From: Escherichia phage KEP2 | Sequence record: PP047752 | DNA: 64,000 bases | Direction: 5' to 3' (one strand) | Shown here: positions 13,768-22,462 of the stretch, in pieces | How the letters are laid out: every line of letters starts with the position of its first letter | Numbering within the stretch: the first letter of the stretch is position 1 | The notes under the pieces: generated by a model | Databases searched by the model: none | Seen by the model: only the letters and a program-made list of their open reading frames with translations | Told to the model about the DNA's origin: nothing | Program-made: the position numbers and the translations under genes

Positions 13768-14109
13768 TTGGCAGATTTTTTATAAGGCTACTGCCATCCT
13801 TCCATACCAGACTACACCATGCCAGACCAGACTTCACATCACCTTACCGTGCAATACATTACTTAAAAACCCTCTTAAAAGACTCTTAAGTGATGCTGGT
13901 GAGTACCCGTTGGTCTATACTGCTCAGTATACTCACCAAATTTTCTATGTCAACAACTTTTATATAAAAGTACTGATAGCTATATGTGTTACAAAACAGA
14001 AGATTGTGAACAAGACACCCATTGCAAAGGATGTGTTCAAAAGCTTACTTGTGATGTAAGACAACACAAAGATAACTAATGCAAATAGTATGATTATGCT
14101 TAGCATAGT

Positions 14110-15210
14110 TTACTCATAATCCCTAATAACGAGGCCAACAGGGAACTGTAAAGAACCCTTACGAGTCATCTTCTGGAACTGAACAGTTAAAGGTTTCCCG
14201 ATAAACTCTTCAGGATGTTCAGCAAGATACTGTTTCTTCTCGTGTGTAGTTTTCCATGAAACATCTACAAAGACGTTAGGAAGAGTCTCTACAACAAACT
14301 TGCCATGACCACGTTTGTCAGTTTTTACACCAGTCACTTTAAACTCTTCCGTGTGCATCTTCTTGTGCTTAATCAAGAAGTATGAACGGTGACAACACTC
14401 ATAGAAGGAGTCTTCAGAGATTGAACGGTACATTGCACCTTCAAACTTAGCTTCAACCCACTTATCATGAGCTTCATCAAACTCCTCCCAAGAGTTCACA
14501 CGGATAGTCTGTACAGGAACCACTCTACAGGTATCACCAAGCTCAATAATGGGTGAGTTATCAATAACTTCACGACGCTCAGGCCAAGTTTTTGAATTGT
14601 CACAGATATCATACCAGTAGAATTTAAGAAGGTGACGTTCTGGGTTGTCAGTATTCTTAATCATAGACACAATATCTTCTAAGTCCCAACCGTGAGCATA
14701 AATCTCACCATCAAAGTCTTCGACTTGTGGATGCAATTTAAGCAACAAAAGCAAATCTGGGATTAGCTCTGCTGGTACGTTGTAAACAGTATTCTCACGA
14801 GAATAAGCCGTGAAACTAACTAAATCAGCATCTCTTGAAATTCTACAACGGACACCATCAAGTTTCGGTTGAGCATCAGCAGGGAACTTCAGATACTTTG
14901 CATGACTAACCTTTGCAGCATCATGAGCAAGCTGCACACCTACCTTTTCAGTATTCTGTGCAGACTCTTTTGTATAAGCATAACCTTTGCGGTCAACTTG
15001 CTTTTTGTACTTAGCAGTAACTTCAAAGAGAGCTTGCTGTTCAGCATTACGCTCATTCTTTTTACCGATGTTTTTAGGTTCTGCTGTATACTCTTCAAAC
15101 ATCATCTTGCCATTTTCTTTACCGTAGGTTGTAATGACTTTGTCACCTACAGCAACGCATGACCAGACGTTAAAAGAACCATCTTTATTCTGTTTGTATA
15201 GTATTGTCAT
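14110..15210 (-). CDS. ATP-dependent DNA ligase
   Basis: Motif I KLDGVR (adenylation lysine); start re-called to MTILYKQ to avoid overlap. Confidence 0.75.
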   Translation of the reverse strand: MTILYKQNKDGSFNVWSCVAVGDKVITTYGKENGKMMFEEYTAEPKNIGKKNERNAEQQALFEVTAKYKKQVDRKGYAYTKESAQNTEKVGVQLAHDAAKVSHAKYLKFPADAQPKLDGVRCRISRDADLVSFTAYSRENTVYNVPAELIPDLLLLLKLHPQVEDFDGEIYAHGWDLEDIVSMIKNTDNPERHLLKFYWYDICDNSKTWPERREVIDNSPIIELGDTCRVVPVQTIRVNSWEEFDEAHDKWVEAKFEGAMYRSISEDSFYECCHRSYFLIKHKKMHTEEFKVTGVKTDKRGHGKFVVETLPNVFVDVSWKTTHEKKQYLAEHPEEFIGKPLTVQFQKMTRKGSLQFPVGLVIRDYE

Positions 15211-15211
15211 T

Positions 15212-15403
15212 TTATTCCTCTGAGTGATACCAAGTATTGCAAGCATTACATGCGTAAAGCTCTAAGTCATTTTTATCTGGTTTATGAAAACAGTTTGCTC
15301 CGCAGTGGCAACGAAATGGCTTTCCACCAACTGTAAGGATGAAGGATTGAACCTTTCCATCAGGAGTTCGTACAGCATTTTTATGTTTATCTTCTTTGTT
15401 CAT
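15212..15403 (-). CDS. small zinc-ribbon protein (paralog A)
   Basis: FRCHCGANCFHKPD...CNACN; paralog of 15728..15931. Confidence 0.4.
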   Translation of the reverse strand: MNKEDKHKNAVRTPDGKVQSFILTVGGKPFRCHCGANCFHKPDKNDLELYACNACNTWYHSEE

Positions 15404-15476
15404 TTTATCTCTTGCCTCACAAGCTATGCAACCTTTTGAGTAGAAGTAGTGCCAAGCACAACCATCAAAGCTCTCT

Positions 15477-15731
15477 TTAGTGATTAATTGAATTTACTAA
15501 TTCCATGTGTTTTTCGTAGAAACATAAACATTTTTTATCTTGCTCATTTATGTAGCTCTCATAAAATTCTGGTGATTCTGGTCTTTCACCAAATGAAATA
15601 ACCTTTAGGTAGTACTTCCCATATGTGGAGCTATCTAACCAAGAGTCAAATAGTAATTTCTTAGTATTAGTCTTTGGAGGGATTACCAAACTTTTCTCAT
15701 ACAATTCCTTCATTTCTTGGGTTATCTTCAT
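15477..15731 (-). CDS. hypothetical protein
   Basis: 84-aa ORF between the two zinc-ribbon paralogs. Confidence 0.3.
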   Translation of the reverse strand: MKITQEMKELYEKSLVIPPKTNTKKLLFDSWLDSSTYGKYYLKVISFGERPESPEFYESYINEQDKKCLCFYEKHMELVNSINH

Positions 15732-15931
15732 TGCATATCCTTAATCTTACCTAAGAACCTTACCCCACAGTTATTACACTCGTATGTGTCTAACTTTGTG
15801 TTATCAGGTTTGTGAAAACAGTTTGACCCACAACGACACCGGAATAGTTTACCATCAACACGAAGAATGAACGTCTCAAGCTCACCCTCTTCTGTAAGAA
15901 CTGCGTTTTTCAATTTATCTCCTACAGTCAT
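15728..15931 (-). CDS. small zinc-ribbon protein (paralog B)
   Basis: FRCRCGSNCFHKPD...CNNCG; clear similarity to 15212..15403 product. Confidence 0.4.
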   Translation of the reverse strand: MTVGDKLKNAVLTEEGELETFILRVDGKLFRCRCGSNCFHKPDNTKLDTYECNNCGVRFLGKIKDMQ

Positions 15932-16134
15932 TTTCTTTTACCACCAATCTCTACGTCGATAACTTGAACATCACCAGCAATATCAAACTTATGAATGATG
16001 CTTTCCACAGTATAAGTCCAACCCTCGATTCGAACCAACTCACCCTCTCGTGGGACGATTGGGTTACGTTGAGCTACGGTTGTAGTGGAGTGAACAACAT
16101 CATAACAGTAGATATAGTTTACTAGGACTTCCAT
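15928..16134 (-). CDS. hypothetical protein (start uncertain)
   Basis: ORF track gives 15928..16233; trimmed to internal Met to avoid overlap with lipoprotein gene. Confidence 0.25.
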   Translation of the reverse strand: MEVLVNYIYCYDVVHSTTTVAQRNPIVPREGELVRIEGWTYTVESIIHKFDIAGDVQVIDVEIGGKRK

Positions 16135-16144
16135 CGTGAAAACC

Positions 16145-16381
16145 TCACTCAATAACCGTAGTATGTGATTGACCATTTTTGCCATAACTATAAGATGTTG
16201 TTGTTTGAGAGTTTGGACACCTGACAACAACAATATCTCTGCTTATTGCATCCCCATTTAACTTATAGACTTTGCAATCTTGCATCTCTGGTGGGAGACT
16301 ATAAGAAGCATTTTTGTCCTCGTAAGAGGGATTACAGCCAGATAGAAAGATAACACCAAGCACAATTACTGCTTTCCACAT
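16145..16381 (-). CDS. small lipoprotein
   Basis: Signal peptide with lipobox-like FLSGC; 78 aa. Confidence 0.4.
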   Translation of the reverse strand: MWKAVIVLGVIFLSGCNPSYEDKNASYSLPPEMQDCKVYKLNGDAISRDIVVVRCPNSQTTTSYSYGKNGQSHTTVIE

Positions 16382-16568
16382 AATACTCCTCCTATTTACT
16401 GTTCACGATGTTCTACTTCTCTGTACGTTCGTCGATAGTATATAATAAGCTGTGCTAATTCGTTGCTTTTAACATCGGAGCGTAACAGTTGCCAATCAAA
16501 GCCTTTACCTACCCTACCATATAAACTAAACAACTTCACTTTGCGTTTCATTTTGGTATCCCCAATAC

Positions 16569-16796
16569 TCAGAGGTCAATACTAATACGTTCACCTTTAA
16601 GGACTCCTGTACGGTCCCTTGCAATCTTACCGTCAACAATAAGGATATGTGCAGACCTTAAAGATTCACTATTAAAACCTTTTAAGAACTTGCTAGGCAT
16701 CACTACAATACACATCTCCTGAATCAACTCTGGAGTATAGCAGTTGTCGTGAAGTTGCTGAATAACGTCTGCAAGTGTCATTTTTGATGTCTCCAA
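16569..16796 (-). CDS. small protein, paralog family member A
   Basis: C-terminal DGKIARDRTGVLKGERISI matches GGKIAKDKTGYLKGERVDI of 16984..17193. Confidence 0.35.
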   Translation of the reverse strand: METSKMTLADVIQQLHDNCYTPELIQEMCIVVMPSKFLKGFNSESLRSAHILIVDGKIARDRTGVLKGERISIDL

Positions 16797-16987
16797 TACT
16801 CAATGTCAATAAGTTCTTGTGCAATGCTTTTCAGATTACCTTTCAAGAAAACCTTCTCAGAACCTGAAAGAGATGAATTGTCAATTAACCTGCTCATTCT
16901 CTCAAACAACTTCTGCTTACGGTTCTTGATAGTCTCATTTGAAGCACCTTTCATCATCGCTGCATGGGTTCTTCCACGGTGACTCAT
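16778..16987 (-). CDS. hypothetical basic protein
   Basis: 69-aa ORF between paralogs. Confidence 0.3.
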   Translation of the reverse strand: MSHRGRTHAAMMKGASNETIKNRKQKLFERMSRLIDNSSLSGSEKVFLKGNLKSIAQELIDIEYWRHQK

Positions 16988-17193
16988 AGCAAATTCTCGA
17001 TGTCTACACGTTCACCTTTTAAGTACCCTGTCTTGTCTTTTGCGATTTTCCCTCCAGCAATAAAGATATCTGCTATACGCAGAGCTTCAGGGTTTACTCT
17101 ATAACCACTGCAAATAACAATAAGCATGTCTTCAATCTCTTTTTGAGAATAACCTGCACATTGCAACTGAACTTCAATCTCTGAAAGCGTCAT
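16984..17193 (-). CDS. small protein, paralog family member B
   Basis: See 16569..16796. Confidence 0.35.
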   Translation of the reverse strand: MTLSEIEVQLQCAGYSQKEIEDMLIVICSGYRVNPEALRIADIFIAGGKIAKDKTGYLKGERVDIENLL

Positions 17194-17254
17194 GTGACCT
17201 CCTATACAAGATACAGTATAAGGTACTCTTCCATGAGCACCTTGTCAATACTAA

Positions 17255-19954
17255 TTAGTGTACTTCAAGCCAGCTTTTACCAACCTTACCAGTACCTGTT
17301 ACAAGTGTTTCTTTCTTAAGACCTAAGTTCTTAGAAGCTTGTCCATAATACCAGTCAGTAACTGCTTTCACTTCTGCCGTCATACTTTCTGGACATTCCC
17401 AGCTTGTTTCATCGTGATATGCGCAGAGCAAACGAGCACCAATAGCTGGTTTACGACCATTTAACTTCATCAAACCTTCGTCAATCATACGACGACAAGC
17501 AAGGTTAATTGCCTCATTTTGAATCTGAGCCTCTGAACCCATCAAAAGATAGTTCAACAGTTTGTGTGGAGATTTACACCACAACCAAGCTCCAGCAACC
17601 TTTACAAATCCCCCTTTAGAGATTGCAGCGGTCTTACCAAAAACCTCTTCAAGTGCCTTTTTAGTCGCTTTGTAGTCAGCTTCCAAGTCATCTAGCAACT
17701 TCTTAATTTTAGGCAAACGAATAAAGTAAGTCTGTTTAGTCAGTGCACCTTCCTGAGTAGTTGCAGCTTTAATTGTCTTAGCAAACTTCTCATCACCTGC
17801 ACCGAACAGCAGTGCATAGATACCATTCTTAGCTTTTTTACGACCCTTACTAATCTCATGGAGAAGATTCTCATCCTGAGTGGCTCGACAAGTCAAGATA
17901 TCCTGCTCATCATTCAAGCTAAAGTAAATACTGTTCAGTGTGTGTGCATCAGTCCCTGAATAGACAACGTACAGGTCATTCTCAGAGTCATAGCGGAGGT
18001 ACTTATCAATCTCTGGGTTGAGGTACTCATCAAAGTGTTTGCAGTAATAGCGTCCATCTTCTTGACGAATAAACTCAATCTCTTCTTTACCTTGCGTTAC
18101 CGCTTTGGTGAAGTCTTTGTCACCCATAAAGTTACAAAGGAGAACTAGCTGGGCTGAGTTCATGTCTACAGAGACAACATTAGTACCTTCTTCACAAATC
18201 CACACTGCCCTCATTGGTTCCCCATAGACAGCAGCACCAGACGGTACGTTTACAATACCATATTGTGTCATACGTCCAGTTGAAGTACCAAATACCATTG
18301 CACCAGCACTAAGGCGACCATCTGGACGAATCTGGTTTAGCCAACCTTTTTCATCATCCTTTGAGTTCTCAATAGTTCTGCGTCTGTGCATCAAAGTATA
18401 GTACTTAGCAATCTTCTGTCCAAGCTCACCTTCAATCGTATCATAAGATGATTCAGTAAGTTTTGGTGAAGTACGGATTAAGCAAGGCTCAAGCAAATCT
18501 GTGTACTTCTTCACAGACCAGTTATGCTCGATGTACTGTACACCTTCATGTTCAACATAACTCAAACCACACCGCTCAACCATTTCCTGCCACTTAGGAT
18601 GCTTTGTAATCATCTTTTTATTGTCTTTGAAACGACAAACTTTGACAGGGCGACCGTCTGAATCTTTCTTGTAGTTCCAGTCATCTGGAATCCAACCAAC
18701 TGATTTCAAGTAGTCTTTAACAACTGCTACCTGAGTCATACGAGAAACTTCAAACTCAATTGGTGTATATGGTGCATCAATCAATCCTGTGTAGCGACTT
18801 GACTCAAGCTCAAAGTGGTTAACAACATGACTGTTATAGTACTTCACAGTTTTAACTGTTTTTACTGGCTTCCAGTCTTTGCATTTCTTACCAATCTTTG
18901 CATTCAACTCATTGCAAATTGCACGAGCATCCTTCATTGCTACAAAACCTTCCTTGTACTCTTCACCAGTTACAGAGTTGGTTGGTGTATAGCAATTTCT
19001 CTTTTCAATGTTAAAAATCTTTGTAGTTGGCTTACCAAATGGCTTGATTTCATATGTCTGCATCTCACCGTTACGTACCTGCTGACGATACTTTGTCTTA
19101 GGGTACTTGGTAATTCTCTTCAGTCCATCTGCGTGACCAAATGCTTCAACATACTCATTCCAAGCTTTTGCAAACTCTTCTCCAGTGACTTTACCTTTGG
19201 TCTTGATAGTTGGTGGAAGGTGTGGTTCAACTTCTGAAGCAAGCTCATTAGTCAGCTTGTCAAGTTCCTTTACATGGAACTCCATAAGCTCTTTATCAGC
19301 TTTCCAACCATTGATAGCCTGTTGACTCATCCAGAAAGATGTTTCTTTAGCTCGCATGTAGGTTTCATAAGTATCTATGCCACACTTCTTCAGCTTGAGA
19401 TATTCATTATCCAGTGCGCGTTTAGTTTTGGCGTTAATACGGATATCTTCCACAACACGAGTGAAGATTTCTGCATTCCACACACCCCAATGTTCAATCT
19501 CTGGTTTACGTACACCAACACGAGCACCCCATGCTGCCAAGCCATGAGCACCTTTATAACCTTTTGGAGTTGGTCTATCCATCCACTGAACACGAGACTG
19601 GATAAGAGAATCCTGAAAGAAATTACTCCACGGCTTACACTTTGGATTATCAAAGTTCCACAAATCAGGTGCAATGTGATTGAAAACCCACCAGTCATAC
19701 CCCAGACCATTATGGATGCAGAGTCGTTTTGCCTTTAACGCAAACTCAATGCCTTCACGTAAGCCACCCTTAATGTACTTGGTATACTTGTGACCGAGGA
19801 TAGGTTCATCTGTAAAGACCCATACAGGCGGCTCTTCATCGTCAGATTTATAGTCTGCGAAAGCCATTACGTGCACTTTAGTGAACTCAAGGAGTAAACC
19901 ATCAGTTTCTGTATCACCAACTAAATGTAAGTTTTTAAAATCTACGTTTTCCAT
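17255..19954 (-). CDS. DNA polymerase, family A (T7-like) with 3'-5' exonuclease domain
   Basis: N-terminal LVGDTETDGL exo motif; ~900 aa; start re-called to MENVDF with GAGGGAG SD. Confidence 0.85.
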   Translation of the reverse strand: MENVDFKNLHLVGDTETDGLLLEFTKVHVMAFADYKSDDEEPPVWVFTDEPILGHKYTKYIKGGLREGIEFALKAKRLCIHNGLGYDWWVFNHIAPDLWNFDNPKCKPWSNFFQDSLIQSRVQWMDRPTPKGYKGAHGLAAWGARVGVRKPEIEHWGVWNAEIFTRVVEDIRINAKTKRALDNEYLKLKKCGIDTYETYMRAKETSFWMSQQAINGWKADKELMEFHVKELDKLTNELASEVEPHLPPTIKTKGKVTGEEFAKAWNEYVEAFGHADGLKRITKYPKTKYRQQVRNGEMQTYEIKPFGKPTTKIFNIEKRNCYTPTNSVTGEEYKEGFVAMKDARAICNELNAKIGKKCKDWKPVKTVKTVKYYNSHVVNHFELESSRYTGLIDAPYTPIEFEVSRMTQVAVVKDYLKSVGWIPDDWNYKKDSDGRPVKVCRFKDNKKMITKHPKWQEMVERCGLSYVEHEGVQYIEHNWSVKKYTDLLEPCLIRTSPKLTESSYDTIEGELGQKIAKYYTLMHRRRTIENSKDDEKGWLNQIRPDGRLSAGAMVFGTSTGRMTQYGIVNVPSGAAVYGEPMRAVWICEEGTNVVSVDMNSAQLVLLCNFMGDKDFTKAVTQGKEEIEFIRQEDGRYYCKHFDEYLNPEIDKYLRYDSENDLYVVYSGTDAHTLNSIYFSLNDEQDILTCRATQDENLLHEISKGRKKAKNGIYALLFGAGDEKFAKTIKAATTQEGALTKQTYFIRLPKIKKLLDDLEADYKATKKALEEVFGKTAAISKGGFVKVAGAWLWCKSPHKLLNYLLMGSEAQIQNEAINLACRRMIDEGLMKLNGRKPAIGARLLCAYHDETSWECPESMTAEVKAVTDWYYGQASKNLGLKKETLVTGTGKVGKSWLEVH

Positions 19955-20011
19955 TTTTACTCCCTCTAAAATCATTAACCTCATACATTACTGCAAAAAA
20001 TTATAAAAAGC

Positions 20012-20050
20012 AAGTTGACAATGTGCTTGACAAGGTGTTAATCTTTGCGA
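20012..20050 (+). promoter_or_regulatory. divergent promoter region with tandem TTGACA elements
   Basis: TTGACAatgtgcTTGACAaggtg in 227-bp AT-rich intergenic region between - strand polymerase and + strand operon; -10 not confidently placed. Confidence 0.3.
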
Positions 20051-20211
20051 AGTGGGTTTTTACTTAAAAGGTTACTTAACAGTTTAACTATACAGATACT
20101 TTAAAACTCTTAAAAGATTATTTAATAGCTTTTAAAAAGCTTTAAAGTATAACGTATAGAATACGTTAAGATAAAAGATTAAAACTTAATAGTTACTTAA
20201 AAGAGGCTTAC

Positions 20212-20634
20212 ATGCAGAAAATGTTTGTTCACCCAGACATAGCTGACTTTGTTAGAGCTTTGCAGAAGTTGGAAGAACTTGACATTGCTGCTCAACGGGA
20301 ATATGCTCACCATCACAGGAGAATGGTTGATATACAACATGAAATAGAGTTGTCCGAAGACTATGAAGACGACTTAAAATGCTCTGTGTTTGAGCATATG
20401 AAAGATGTTGCTACAGCGAGACGTAAAGCTAAAGACACAGTTGCTTTACTAGATTCTCTTAAAAAGAGGTTGCAAAGTGGTACAGACCTGTGTAATCTAG
20501 CGTCACTGATTAACGATGTTGAAACTTCTTGGGATAGGCATTACTATCCACGTTCTGAAAAGACACTTGACTTTTCTTCATCTGAAAACTTAAAATGTTC
20601 TAGAAAGAAACTTAACCAACTGAGAGAGAAATAA
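20212..20634 (+). CDS. hypothetical protein
   Basis: 140-aa ORF, first gene of + strand block. Confidence 0.35.
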   Translation: MQKMFVHPDIADFVRALQKLEELDIAAQREYAHHHRRMVDIQHEIELSEDYEDDLKCSVFEHMKDVATARRKAKDTVALLDSLKKRLQSGTDLCNLASLINDVETSWDRHYYPRSEKTLDFSSSENLKCSRKKLNQLREK

Positions 20635-20635
20635 T

Positions 20636-21448
20636 ATGAATACTACTGTAGACCAGATGCTTGAAGAAAAAGGTATTGACGAAGCATTCTTAATCAATGC
20701 CGTAGAAAGCATGGCTATGATTCTTCGTGGAAACAACTACACAGAACAGTTTATGCCTGCAAGCTATAACTTGCCTAAAGACAAGTCTGATAACGGTGCT
20801 TTTGCAGAACAGGTTAATATGATGCTGTGTGATAAAACACTTGCTTTAGCATCTATCGTTGTAGGTGTTGATGCTCTTGCAGAGTTCATTTTCTATGAGA
20901 TGCAGAAAAATGACTATATTGCCATGACCTCTGAAGAAAAAGACTCGCTACTGCTCTTAGGTCATGATGAGCTAGTTGACCTGTTAATTTCGTCAACAAG
21001 TGCTGTTATGGCTGCTCTTGAGAAGCGAATGGAAGAGAAGCTGTCACGATATGAAAAACTTGATTGGGGTGTAGAAGAGTTAAACCCACGAATCAAAGAG
21101 ATTATCCAGCAAACTAAAGACTCTTTAGCAGAAGCTGTGAAAGATGATTCTGTAGCTGATGTAGAACCACTACAGGTTAAGGTTGCTCTGATGATTCCTG
21201 CTATCTCTACAATGATGAATATCGTTGCACTAATCCAACTTTCTCAGATGTTGGGTGTAACCATTGAGTTCGTTGAGGAGATGACTGGTGGTGTCAGTAT
21301 GCAAGCAATCAATGATGTTTTGGTAAACATTGGCGCTTCAATCATTGAAGAAAAACTGCGCATTAACTTTGGTGACGATTTTGTGAAGCAAGTCTCAGCT
21401 ATGGCTGAAAAAGAGCAATCACAGATTACTAGTGACCAACTGCACTAA
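20636..21448 (+). CDS. hypothetical acidic helical protein
   Basis: 270 aa, D/E-rich. Confidence 0.35.
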   Translation: MNTTVDQMLEEKGIDEAFLINAVESMAMILRGNNYTEQFMPASYNLPKDKSDNGAFAEQVNMMLCDKTLALASIVVGVDALAEFIFYEMQKNDYIAMTSEEKDSLLLLGHDELVDLLISSTSAVMAALEKRMEEKLSRYEKLDWGVEELNPRIKEIIQQTKDSLAEAVKDDSVADVEPLQVKVALMIPAISTMMNIVALIQLSQMLGVTIEFVEEMTGGVSMQAINDVLVNIGASIIEEKLRINFGDDFVKQVSAMAEKEQSQITSDQLH

Positions 21449-21466
21449 GTCTTTATAAATCTTACA

Positions 21467-21490
21467 AGCCTCCTTAGTTGGGGGCTTTTT
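21467..21490 (+). terminator. intrinsic terminator
   Basis: AAGCCTCC-ttagtt-GGGGGCTT followed by TTTTT. Confidence 0.5.
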
Positions 21491-21509
21491 AGTAATTAAG
21501 GGAGATAAA

Positions 21510-22253
21510 ATGAGTAATATTATTGCATTTACTGGAAAGGCACGTTCTGGAAAAGACACCTCATGTTCTATTGTTAAGAATATTTTAGAAGATGAGTATG
21601 GCTACAATGTTGCAGTAATGGCATATGCAGACAACCTTAAGCTATCTGCATCAAAGATATTTGACCTGACTTGGAATGACCTGTACGGTGAAACTAAAGA
21701 GACTCCACAGGTCTTTGATTTATCATACTCTGAACTTATGACTAAAGTTACGGAAGCTATGGAGTTCACCTTCAGAGATGAACGTTACCATATGGACTTT
21801 AAGCTTATGTCAGAGTTAACCGGACGACTAATCATGGAACTTAAGAAGGTTGCTAAACCGACTCTATTGACACGTCTGGGATTTAGCAAAAAGTATAAAT
21901 TCTCATCAAGACAAATTCAACAGATTTGGGGCACTGAAGTAATCCGTAAAGTCATGGGTGACAAGTTCTGGTCTAAAGACCTTGAAAAAAGGATGGTAAA
22001 CTTCTTTGACGTTTGCTCACTTAGGAATCAAGAAGGTGTTGTTTTAATCAGTGACTTAAGGTTTGACTCTGAAGCTGAGTGGCTGAGTAGATTTGCACAC
22101 CAAACTATTGAAGTAAAAAGAGACAATGTGGACAAGGTTTCATCACATGTTTCAGAAAATGGAATTTCTACCAAATATGCGCGTGACATTATCCATAATA
22201 ATGGTACTCTTGAAGACCTTGAAAGCAAGCTAAGAGCTATCCTGAAAATTTAA
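21510..22253 (+). CDS. deoxynucleoside monophosphate kinase-like P-loop protein
   Basis: N-terminus IIAFTGKARSGKDT resembles T4 gp1 dNMP kinase P-loop (GxxRSGKDT). Confidence 0.55.
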   Translation: MSNIIAFTGKARSGKDTSCSIVKNILEDEYGYNVAVMAYADNLKLSASKIFDLTWNDLYGETKETPQVFDLSYSELMTKVTEAMEFTFRDERYHMDFKLMSELTGRLIMELKKVAKPTLLTRLGFSKKYKFSSRQIQQIWGTEVIRKVMGDKFWSKDLEKRMVNFFDVCSLRNQEGVVLISDLRFDSEAEWLSRFAHQTIEVKRDNVDKVSSHVSENGISTKYARDIIHNNGTLEDLESKLRAILKI

Positions 22254-22261
22254 AAGAGAGA

Positions 22262-22462
22262 ATGAAGATGAGAGTAAAAGATAATTTTAAAGTTATTGAC
22301 CATCGTTTAGTGGAACTCTCATCTCTTTCCGATGAGGTAATGATTGAACGTCTTAAGAGAGTTGAATCACGAAGGAAAGAGATTGCAGATGAAATTCATG
22401 AACTGGACAAGATTGAAAACGGATTGAAGGCAGAACTACAACGAAGAGGTGCTAATGTCTAA
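22262..22462 (+). CDS. hypothetical small protein
   Basis: 66-aa coiled-coil-like ORF. Confidence 0.3.
   Translation: MKMRVKDNFKVIDHRLVELSSLSDEVMIERLKRVESRRKEIADEIHELDKIENGLKAELQRRGANV

Noticed and set aside
13678-14109. Possible tRNA genes in the non-coding gaps (also checked 50480-50990 and 57023-58650)
   Set aside because: No cloverleaf-compatible sequence or conserved T-loop motif was recognisable by eye; a dedicated tRNA scan is still needed.
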